A DNA stretch of 64,000 nucleotides from Magnetococcales bacterium (GTDB lineage Bacteria; Pseudomonadota; Magnetococcia; Magnetococcales; DC0425bin3). The stretch lies in contig JADGBZ010000003.1 in NCBI GenBank assembly GCA_015231175.1, forward strand, positions 26,463 through 90,462, read 5' to 3'. A program made the translations under genes and the position numbers. Shown piece after piece: positions 27,815 to 35,682 of the stretch (position 1 is its first letter; each line of letters opens with the position of its first letter). The notes beneath the pieces were generated by a model that saw only the letters and a list, made by a program, of their open reading frames with translations, did no database searches and was not told the origin of the DNA.

Positions 27815-27901
27815 CAGGTCCAAGACGGAGTCCTGATGGATTTGGGGCAAAGCCCTGACAATGGCTTTCACCTCCAGGCCTTTCTTAAAATGGTTGGTTA
27901 C
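27815..27901 (+). repeat. repeat family, partial (right-half) degenerate copy
   Basis: CAGGTCCAAGACGGAGTCCTGATGGATTTGGGGCAAAGCCCTGACAATGGCTTTCACCTCCAGGCCTTTCTT... Confidence 0.7.
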
Positions 27902-27969
27902 GAATTTTTTATTTATTATTCTGGGCGGTACATGGTAGAAATGGGAGTTGGCTCGTCGGGCTTTCAAAA

Positions 27970-29700
27970 GTGTGCCTTGGAGGAGATTCGGTGAAACAGG
28001 CCGGGAATGGCGTGCAAAGTGATGGTGTTTCTGATTCGGCGCTCGAAGAGCCATCGGATGGATCCTCCGCCAACCTGTTGCGTCGTATCAACAAACTGAA
28101 TGAGTTGGGCATAGCCCTCACCTCCGAAAGGGATACGAACCGCCTTTTGGAAAATATTCTCCTCGGAGCCAAGGAGCTGACCAACGCAGATGCCGGAACG
28201 GTCTACCTGGCGACAAGCCACCAGACTCTCAAATTTGAAATCATTCGTACCGACTCCCTGAAAATCGCCATGGGTGGTTCGACCGGCGTCCCCATCAAGT
28301 TTCCAGAATTGCCCCTCTTCAAAAACGGAAAACCCAACCTGGCCATGGTGGCCGCCTATTGCGCGATCCGGGATAAAACGGTCAATATCCCCGACGCCTA
28401 CGAGGCAGAAGGGTTTGATTTTACTGGGACAAAAGCGTTTGACAAAAACACGGGCTACCGCTCGATGTCGTTTTTGACCGTGCCCCTGAAAAATCATGAA
28501 AACGAGATTATCGGGGTTCTGCAACTGATCAATGCCAAGTGCGCAGAGACAGGCAAGATCATCCCTTTCACCCGAGAAGATCAGCGCCTGGCCGAATCCC
28601 TTGCCTCTCAGGCCGCCATTGCCCTGACCAATCAACGCCTCATTTCCGATCTGAAAAAGCTGTTCGAGTCCTTCATCCAGTCCATCGCCACGGCGATCGA
28701 CGAAAAATCCCCTTACACAGGCGGGCACTGTCATCGTGTTCCGGTCCTGGCCGAAATGTTGGCCGAAGCCGCCATCGGCTCGGAAGTGGGAGAGTTGAAA
28801 GATTTCAAACTCACCGAAGATGACATGTATGAACTCAGGATCGCAGCCTGGTTGCACGATTGCGGCAAGGTGGTAACACCGACAGAAGTCGTTGATAAAG
28901 CCACGAAACTTGAGGCTATTTTTGATCGGGTCCATCTGGTGGATGTTCGCTTCGAGGTGTTGAAGCGTGATGCCGAAATCGAAATGCTGAAGAAAAAATT
29001 GGCCGCCCTGGAGAAAGGCGATCAGATTGACACCCAGGCTCTTGACCAGGAATTTTCTGAAAAAATAAACCAGATCCAAAGCGACCGGGATTTTATACGC
29101 GAGGCCAACATCGGCGGAGAGTTCATGTCCAAGGAGCGCAAGGATCGTGTTGCCGCCATCAGCCGCTACAAATGGTGTGATCCAGAAGGAAAAATTGTTG
29201 ATTTCCTTACAGAAAATGAGTCATATAACCTCGATATCGATCGTGGAACAATCAACAAGGAAGAGCGTGAGATCATCAACAACCATGTCGTGGCAACCAT
29301 TAAAATGCTTGAGGCCATCCCCTTCCCCAAACATTTGGCCCGCGTGCCCGAAATGGCCGGCGGGCACCACGAGACCATGATCGGGACCGGCTATCCCAAG
29401 GGTTTAAAACGGGAGCAAATGTCCATTCAGGCCCGTATCATGGCCATCGCGGACGTGTTTGAAGCCTTGACCGCCAGGGATAGACCCTACAAATCAGGTA
29501 AAACGCTGGCACAGTCCCTGAAAATCCTGGGTTTCATGAAAAAGGATCAACACATCGATCCGGATCTGTTTCAGGTATTTATCGATAAAAAGGTCTTCAT
29601 GCGCTATGCCGAACAGTTTCTCTCTCCGGAGCAGATCGACGATGTCGACGTGAGTCAGATTCCAGGTTACGTCCCGCCCTCCCCTCCTCCCTCTGTATGA
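27970..29700 (+). CDS. GAF domain + HD-GYP domain protein (probable c-di-GMP phosphodiesterase)
   Basis: GAF-like ILLGAKELTNADAGTVYL...GVLQLINA. HD-GYP motifs HCHRV, LHDCGKV, HHETMIGTGYPKGL. The likely start is GTG at 27991, 5 nt after GGAGGAG. Confidence 0.85.
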   Translation: MCLGGDSVKQAGNGVQSDGVSDSALEEPSDGSSANLLRRINKLNELGIALTSERDTNRLLENILLGAKELTNADAGTVYLATSHQTLKFEIIRTDSLKIAMGGSTGVPIKFPELPLFKNGKPNLAMVAAYCAIRDKTVNIPDAYEAEGFDFTGTKAFDKNTGYRSMSFLTVPLKNHENEIIGVLQLINAKCAETGKIIPFTREDQRLAESLASQAAIALTNQRLISDLKKLFESFIQSIATAIDEKSPYTGGHCHRVPVLAEMLAEAAIGSEVGELKDFKLTEDDMYELRIAAWLHDCGKVVTPTEVVDKATKLEAIFDRVHLVDVRFEVLKRDAEIEMLKKKLAALEKGDQIDTQALDQEFSEKINQIQSDRDFIREANIGGEFMSKERKDRVAAISRYKWCDPEGKIVDFLTENESYNLDIDRGTINKEEREIINNHVVATIKMLEAIPFPKHLARVPEMAGGHHETMIGTGYPKGLKREQMSIQARIMAIADVFEALTARDRPYKSGKTLAQSLKILGFMKKDQHIDPDLFQVFIDKKVFMRYAEQFLSPEQIDDVDVSQIPGYVPPSPPPSV

Positions 29701-29707
29701 CAGTGAT

Positions 29708-31918
29708 ATGGCAAAACAACCCGGAGCGAAACACTATCTTGTCAGGCACATACTCAGTTCCTTGTGTGTTGCCCTTTTTACCGCCCACCTTCTTAATATC
29801 ATTGATTTTCCTGCGCTTGTCTCCCTGGAAAACGTGGCCTACGATCTGCGCGTCAGGGAAACCACTCTCAATACCATGGATCCCCGTATCGTCATCGTGG
29901 ATATCGACGAGAAAAGCCTGGCAGAAGAAGGGCGTTGGCCATGGAGCCGCAAACGCATGGCCGATCTGATCCATATCTTGTTCGATGAGTATGGCATTGG
30001 CGCCCTGGGCTTTGACGTGGTGTTCGCAGAACCTGAAACCAACTCGGGGCTGAGCGTGCTCGAAGAGTTGTCCATAGGCCCCCTCCGGGAAGATGGTTTA
30101 CTCCAGAGTCAAATGCCAGAACTGAGAAAAAAATTATCCTATGATCAGATGTTCGCCGATGCACTTTCCGACAAACCCGTAGTTTTGGGATTCTATTTCA
30201 AGTCCGCATACGGTTCCGAGGAGGTCAAGATTTCGGGAACCATCCCTCCCCCCTTGACCACTCGAAAGGATTTGCAGGAAAAGGGGTTCTCAGGATCCTT
30301 CGTGCGTGTAGGTGGTTATGGCGGCAATTTGGAAACATTGCAACGACATGCGATGAGCGGTGGTTTCTTTGACAGCGTACCCGACGCGGATGGTGTCTTC
30401 CGCCGGCAGCCCGTGGTCGAAGAGTTCCAGGATGGGATCTATCCCTCGCTCTCCCTGGCCCTGGCGCGCTTGGTCGTCGGACCGGATGCCCCCGTCGAAT
30501 TTTCTCCCGAATCGATCTCGGTCGGCTCCCTCAAGATTCCCGTTGACGGCAACAACACGATTCTGGTTCCGTTCCGGGGCACGCAAGGCAGTTTTCCCTA
30601 TATTTCCGCCACCGATATCCTGCATCGCCGCGCCAAACCGGAATCCTTGTCAGGGGTGGTGGTTCTTGTGGGTACGACAGCCCCCGGCCTGATGGATATG
30701 CGGAGTTCGCCGGTGCAAAGCGTCTATCCGGGGGTGGAGATCCACGCCAATATCATCAGCGGCATCATGGATGGACGCATCCTTTCCCGTCCAGACTACC
30801 TGTTGGGTATGGAACTCACGGCTTTGCTCATTATAGGCGCCTTGTTGGCCCTGACTCTTCCCCGCCTCTCTCCTGTCAAGACTGTTTTGCTGACCTTATT
30901 CCTGTTATCAAGCCTTTACCTCGGCTCCCTGTACGCATGGAAGCAGGGTGTTGTCATTTCGGTTGCAACCATTGCCATGCTGATCCTGACCATGTTCATC
31001 CTCCACACATCCTACGGATTTTTTGTTGAAGCCAGAAGCAAACGGAAAATTTCCCGCGTTTTTGGGCAATATATACCCAAGGAGCTGGTCGATGAGATGA
31101 ACGCCAGCGGCCAGGAGTTCACGATTGGTGGCGAAAGCCGTGAGATGACAGTTCTTTTTTCTGACGTGCGCGGCTTTACCACCGTCTCTGAAGGTCTCAG
31201 GCCGGAAGAGTTGACCCGATTGATGAACTTTTTCCTGACCCCCATGACCCATGTAATCCAAAAACATCGCGGTACCATCGACAAATACATGGGCGATGCC
31301 ATCATGGCTTTTTGGGGAGCGCCGCTGCAAGATCCCAAACATGCTGAAAATGCCTTGCACGCTGCCGTCGAGATGATTCAAACCATGATCGATCTGGGCA
31401 GCAAACTGCAAGAGCGCGGCTGGCCTACACTCAAAATTGGCGTCGGCCTCAACTCGGGAACCATGAATGTGGGCAACATGGGCTCGGAATTTCGCATGGC
31501 CTATACGGTTCTGGGAGATGCCGTCAACCTGGGATCCCGTCTGGAAAGCCTGACAAAACAGTATGGCGTCAACATTCTCGTCGGTGAAACCACCCGCAAA
31601 CGGATTCCCGGATTCCTCTTCCGGGAGATCGACCTGGTCCGCGTCAAAGGCAAACACGAGCCCGTGGCCATCTTTGAACCGCTTGGTGATCCAGCCAAGA
31701 TGGAACCAAAAGTTGTGCAACACCTCGATATCTATCAAAAAGCGCTGGATTCGTACCGCCATCAGGCCTGGGAAGAGGCCAAGGCCGGTTTTTCTGCGTT
31801 GCAGGCAGAGGATCCAGAGCGGAAGATATACGACATCTATCTGGAGCGCATCCAAAACTTCCAGGTATCGCCTCCGGGCGCCAATTGGGATGGGGTCTAC
31901 ACCCACACCAGTAAGTAG
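29708..31918 (+). CDS. CHASE2 sensor + class III adenylate/guanylate cyclase
   Basis: CHASE2-like IVIVDIDEKSLAEEGRWPWSR, TM segments around residues 380-450, cyclase core TVLFSDVRGFTTVSE...GDAIMAFWGAP...GDAVNLGSRLE. Confidence 0.85.
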   Translation: MAKQPGAKHYLVRHILSSLCVALFTAHLLNIIDFPALVSLENVAYDLRVRETTLNTMDPRIVIVDIDEKSLAEEGRWPWSRKRMADLIHILFDEYGIGALGFDVVFAEPETNSGLSVLEELSIGPLREDGLLQSQMPELRKKLSYDQMFADALSDKPVVLGFYFKSAYGSEEVKISGTIPPPLTTRKDLQEKGFSGSFVRVGGYGGNLETLQRHAMSGGFFDSVPDADGVFRRQPVVEEFQDGIYPSLSLALARLVVGPDAPVEFSPESISVGSLKIPVDGNNTILVPFRGTQGSFPYISATDILHRRAKPESLSGVVVLVGTTAPGLMDMRSSPVQSVYPGVEIHANIISGIMDGRILSRPDYLLGMELTALLIIGALLALTLPRLSPVKTVLLTLFLLSSLYLGSLYAWKQGVVISVATIAMLILTMFILHTSYGFFVEARSKRKISRVFGQYIPKELVDEMNASGQEFTIGGESREMTVLFSDVRGFTTVSEGLRPEELTRLMNFFLTPMTHVIQKHRGTIDKYMGDAIMAFWGAPLQDPKHAENALHAAVEMIQTMIDLGSKLQERGWPTLKIGVGLNSGTMNVGNMGSEFRMAYTVLGDAVNLGSRLESLTKQYGVNILVGETTRKRIPGFLFREIDLVRVKGKHEPVAIFEPLGDPAKMEPKVVQHLDIYQKALDSYRHQAWEEAKAGFSALQAEDPERKIYDIYLERIQNFQVSPPGANWDGVYTHTSK

Positions 31919-31945
31919 ACGAGAACCCCCCTGCCCTTCGCGGCG

Positions 31946-32027
31946 CCTTGGCGCCTTGGTCAGGGCTTCGCCCCGAACCCCACCAGGAGGAAGGGCGCAC
32001 CCCTTCCTCCTGGACCTCTATCCCAGT
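31946..32027 (-). repeat. repeat family, variant 2 (13-bp perfect hairpin), inverted orientation
   Basis: CCAGGAGGAAGGG-CGCAC-CCCTTCCTCCTGG (31983-32013), preceded on the plus strand by GTCAGGGCTTCGCCCCGAACCCCA, which is the reverse complement of the family core. Confidence 0.85.
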
Positions 32028-32030
32028 CTT

Positions 32031-33632
32031 TCAATCGTTGTTGGCTGTCTGTTCCCGGGTCTTGAGAAACCTTATCTTCGGCCACTCCCTGGCGGCGTTG
32101 TCCAGGTGCCAGGCGTTGCGCGCCAGAAAGACTGGCGCACCGTCATGGTCTTCGGCCATGCTGGAAAGATTGGCATCCTTGAAAGAGCCCAGGATGGCGC
32201 CCTCGTCGCATTCCACCCATCGGGCCGTATGCAGCGATGTTCCCTCGAAATGGACCTGAATGTTGTATTCGGTCCGGATCCGATCAGCGAGAACTTCAAA
32301 CTGTAGACTGCCCAAAACACCAATGATCCATTCGGAGCCAAGGTTGGTCTTGAAGACCCGGGCAGCCCCCTCCTCGCCAATCTGACACAAGGTGCGTCCC
32401 AGATGTTTGGCCCGCATGGGGTCATCGGCGCGCACCTTTTGCAACAGCTCGGGCGCAAAGCTGGGAATACCGGTAAAATGCAGATCCTCCCCTTCGGTCA
32501 GGGTGTCTCCGATGCGCAGATTGCCGTGGTTGGGAATGCCAATGATATCCCCACCCCAGGCCTCCTCCACCAGGCCGCGATCCTGGGCCAAAAACAACAA
32601 AGGGTTGTGAATGGTCAACACCTTGCCCGAGCGGACATGCCGCAGCTTGCCGCCACGCCGGAAGTGTCCGGAACAGATACGCAAAAAAGCAACCCGATCC
32701 CGATGTTTGGGATCCATGTTGGCTTGGATCTTGAAGACAAAGCCGGTCACCTTCTCTTCAGCTGGATCCACCAATCGTTCCCGGGCCGGTTGCGGACGCG
32801 GCGGCGGCGCCAGACGGACCACGCTCTCCAGCAACTCCCGAATACCGAAATTATACAAGGCGCTGCCAAAAAAGACCGGCGTCATGTGCCCTGCCCGATA
32901 GGCCTCCAGGGAAAACGGGGGGCACAAGCCGCGCACCATCTCCACGTTGTCACGCAGGGTTTGCACCGCATCGGCGGGCATGAGATCATCCAGCTTCCTA
33001 TCCGCCAAGCCCTGGCAGGCGATGGCCTCGGGAACGTGTTCGCTGCGGCCACGCTCCATGAAGAGCAGTCCGTCATTCATCAGGTCATAACAGCCCAAAA
33101 AATCGCGTCCCATGCCGATGGGCCAGGTGGCAGGCACCACATCGAGCGCCAGATCCTGCTCCACCTCATCCATCAGGGAGAACGGATCCCGCCCTTCCCG
33201 GTCCATCTTGTTGATGAAAGTCATGATGGGCACGTTGCGCAACCGGCACACTTCAAACAGCTTGCGGGTTTGTTCTTCTATACCCTTGGCAACATCGATC
33301 ACCATGATGGCCGAGTCCACGGCTGTCAACGTGCGGTAGGTGTCCTCGCTGAAATCCTCATGTCCGGGTGTATCCAACAGGTTGAAAACGCATCCACCGA
33401 ACTCGAAAGTCATCACCGACGCCGAGACGGAGATGCCTCGCTCCCGTTCCACTTTCATCCAGTCGGAACGGGCCGACCGGCGTTGTTGCCCCCGCGCCCG
33501 CACCTCTCCGGACAACTGAATGGCTCCACCAAACAGCAATAGTTTCTCTGTGAGAGTGGTCTTCCCGGCATCGGGGTGGGAAATGATGGCGAAGGTGCGT
33601 CGCCGGGCAATCTCATCTAAATGTTGATTCAT
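32031..33632 (-). CDS. prfC: peptide chain release factor 3
   Basis: MNQHLDEIARRRTFAIISHPDAGKTTLTEKLLLFGG, DTPGHEDF, NKMD. The real start is at 33632. The track start at 33791 reads through a repeat copy. Confidence 0.95.
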   Translation of the reverse strand: MNQHLDEIARRRTFAIISHPDAGKTTLTEKLLLFGGAIQLSGEVRARGQQRRSARSDWMKVERERGISVSASVMTFEFGGCVFNLLDTPGHEDFSEDTYRTLTAVDSAIMVIDVAKGIEEQTRKLFEVCRLRNVPIMTFINKMDREGRDPFSLMDEVEQDLALDVVPATWPIGMGRDFLGCYDLMNDGLLFMERGRSEHVPEAIACQGLADRKLDDLMPADAVQTLRDNVEMVRGLCPPFSLEAYRAGHMTPVFFGSALYNFGIRELLESVVRLAPPPRPQPARERLVDPAEEKVTGFVFKIQANMDPKHRDRVAFLRICSGHFRRGGKLRHVRSGKVLTIHNPLLFLAQDRGLVEEAWGGDIIGIPNHGNLRIGDTLTEGEDLHFTGIPSFAPELLQKVRADDPMRAKHLGRTLCQIGEEGAARVFKTNLGSEWIIGVLGSLQFEVLADRIRTEYNIQVHFEGTSLHTARWVECDEGAILGSFKDANLSSMAEDHDGAPVFLARNAWHLDNAAREWPKIRFLKTREQTANND

Positions 33633-33662
33633 GACACTCCAACAAAAATAACGATTGCAAGA

Positions 33663-33770
33663 CTGGGATGGAGGTCCAGGAGGAAGGGCTGCGCCCTTCC
33701 TCCTGGTGGGGTTCGGGGCAAAGCCCTGACAAAGGCTTCCATATCCAAGCTTTTCTTGAAAAGGGTGCAG
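33663..33770 (+). repeat. repeat family, variant 2 (13-bp perfect hairpin)
   Basis: CCAGGAGGAAGGG-CTGCG-CCCTTCCTCCTGG (33676-33706), followed by TGGGGTTCGGGGCAAAGCCCTGACAAAGGCTTCCATATCCAAGC. Confidence 0.85.
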
Positions 33771-33851
33771 AAAAAAACTGCACCTCCCCAAGGGAACACC
33801 CTCGGGGAGGCAGTTGTTTGACCAACATCACTCGAAACAGGACGCCCAGGA

Positions 33852-35663
33852 TCAATTTTGATCCGCTGTCGTCCCCTCTCCCCATGACCCTGGGGTTACT
33901 TGCCCGGAGGATGCACTGCCGCCACCGGCGCACAGGGCAGCTGGCGCCAGCGATTGAACAGCGGCGGCGGCTTCGTCATTGTAGGTAAACACGGCATCCG
34001 TGCTGAGCGTGGCGCTGCCCCCGGTCAGAATCGATCCAGTCAGCGAGCTGCCCCGGTCAAAGCGGATAGTGGCCGAGCTGGATGGGGCATAAATGATCCC
34101 TGTGACATCGGCGCTTTGGCCAGCTTCGAACGAGTTGTAGACATAAATGCCCAGATTGCCGATGGCGCCACCCGTATTCACCTGGGCATTGTGTTTGAGG
34201 TGGGCGTTTTTCAGATGGATTTTGACAACGCCACTCGGCGATATCACGACACGGGGAGTGTCGCCACCCCACGAACCGTCGAACCGGTGATAATCCTTGC
34301 CACCATCTTTGTCGCCATCTTTATCTTTGTCACCATCTTTGCCATCATCTTTGCCATCATCTTTGCCATCATCTTTGCCATCATCTTTGCCAGCGGCATA
34401 AGCCACCCCGACCCCCAATCCGGCGAACCATTTTTTCCAGAGAGGTTCGTGCAGGTTGCCGTACCACCACCAATGGCGCGTGTTCCAGTCTGAAATGTAG
34501 TAGTCGCCCGGAGCCAAATTCAGCGTCGCGTTGTCACCAAGGTTGAGTTGTTTGATGTAGTACGTTCCGCCGGAATCGGTAAAGGTGAGGGTTCTGTTAT
34601 CGGCGATCGTCACCCTGTCATACTGGCCAGTTCCCCTGCTCATGTCGCTGGACACGATCAAATCACCTTGGGCCCCCGTACTTTCCACAAAGGCCGGCAA
34701 ATCGACCAACGGCACGTTCTGCTTCTCCAGGGCGCCTTGAATGGTCAGGACGTTGCAGTCCCCCATACAATCCTGGTGCCAGTGTCCCCAACCCCGGCAA
34801 CGTCCCCAACCCACCCAGCCACGATCCTGACGGCTGTGACCATAGCGGTCCTTGCCATCATCCTTGCCATCCTTATCTTTGCCATCATCTTTGCCATCAT
34901 CCTTGCCATCATCCTTGCCATCATCTTTGCCAGCGGCAAAGGCGGGCTGTATCCCCAGGGAACAAAGCCACTCACTCCAAGGGGAATCCAGAAGGCTTCC
35001 ATGATCCTTGCCACCACCATCCTTGCCACCATCATCCTTGCCGCCATCATCTTTGCCACCACCGTCCTTGCCACCATCCTTGCCACCACCACCATGGCGG
35101 TGGTCATCATCGTCCCACTCCCCACGGTGTTGCCAATCTCCGCCACCACGATGGGTGGGGTTGGTTTTGCAGGGTATGACCGACTCGCCATTCACCTTGG
35201 CACGGTCGTCGATAGAGAGACCCGCATTGGCCACCATGGCATAGGTCGTACAAACCCCACCATCGCCACCAGTACAGGTCACGCCGGGAAATTTGGCGGC
35301 CCGGCGGCCATTTTTCTCCTTGACGACAACAGTCCATGAATGACTCACCCCTGGTGTAGGGCGGAAAATCACCACGAATTGACCAGCGCCGGCAATGTCT
35401 TGCGTCACCATGACATTGTCACCCACCTTGATCATTCCAGGCAGCAGGGTCGGGTCGCATCCGTTGGCCTTCAATTGGGCAAGCACCGACTGGGTACCTG
35501 CCTCGGCCAAATTCAATGCTTTATCAGAAGCCAAATGTTCCAAACCCGCCTTGCGGCTGGATTGATACATCTTGGCCAGAACGACACCTGCCACGCCCAC
35601 AGCCGCCGCCACAGCGACGGCACCTATGACCATCGATCCTCGTTGCCTGCCAAATTTGCTCAT
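33852..35663 (-). CDS. PilX/MshP-like pilus protein, paralog 2, with three (GKDD)n low-complexity insertions
   Basis: The start MSKFGRQRGSMVIGAVAV... is preceded by AGGAG. The N-terminal ~130 aa and C-terminal ~120 aa align with the upstream paralog. The three arrays are GGKDGGKDGGGKDDGGKDDGGKDGGGKD, AAGKDDGKDDGKDDGKDDGKDKDGKDDGKD and AAGKDDGKDDGKDDGKDDGKDGDKDKDGDKDGGKD. Confidence 0.6.
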   Translation of the reverse strand: MSKFGRQRGSMVIGAVAVAAAVGVAGVVLAKMYQSSRKAGLEHLASDKALNLAEAGTQSVLAQLKANGCDPTLLPGMIKVGDNVMVTQDIAGAGQFVVIFRPTPGVSHSWTVVVKEKNGRRAAKFPGVTCTGGDGGVCTTYAMVANAGLSIDDRAKVNGESVIPCKTNPTHRGGGDWQHRGEWDDDDHRHGGGGKDGGKDGGGKDDGGKDDGGKDGGGKDHGSLLDSPWSEWLCSLGIQPAFAAGKDDGKDDGKDDGKDDGKDKDGKDDGKDRYGHSRQDRGWVGWGRCRGWGHWHQDCMGDCNVLTIQGALEKQNVPLVDLPAFVESTGAQGDLIVSSDMSRGTGQYDRVTIADNRTLTFTDSGGTYYIKQLNLGDNATLNLAPGDYYISDWNTRHWWWYGNLHEPLWKKWFAGLGVGVAYAAGKDDGKDDGKDDGKDDGKDGDKDKDGDKDGGKDYHRFDGSWGGDTPRVVISPSGVVKIHLKNAHLKHNAQVNTGGAIGNLGIYVYNSFEAGQSADVTGIIYAPSSSATIRFDRGSSLTGSILTGGSATLSTDAVFTYNDEAAAAVQSLAPAALCAGGGSASSGQVTPGSWGEGTTADQN

Positions 35664-35682
35664 CACACACTCTCCTCGATCT

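Noticed and set aside
27964-29079. 371-aa minus-strand ORF
   Set aside because: Antisense to the GAF-HD-GYP gene, whose HD-GYP motifs are clear. No motifs of its own.
32403-33542. 379-aa plus-strand ORF
   Set aside because: Antisense to prfC.
33900-35339. Plus-strand ORFs with striking IFAIIFAIIFAIIF hydrophobic repeats (33900-34493, 34548-35339)
   Set aside because: They are the reverse-frame image of the (GKDD)n arrays. The minus-strand frame is continuous with conserved PilX/MshP-like N- and C-terminal regions shared with the neighbouring paralog, so that strand is the coding one.
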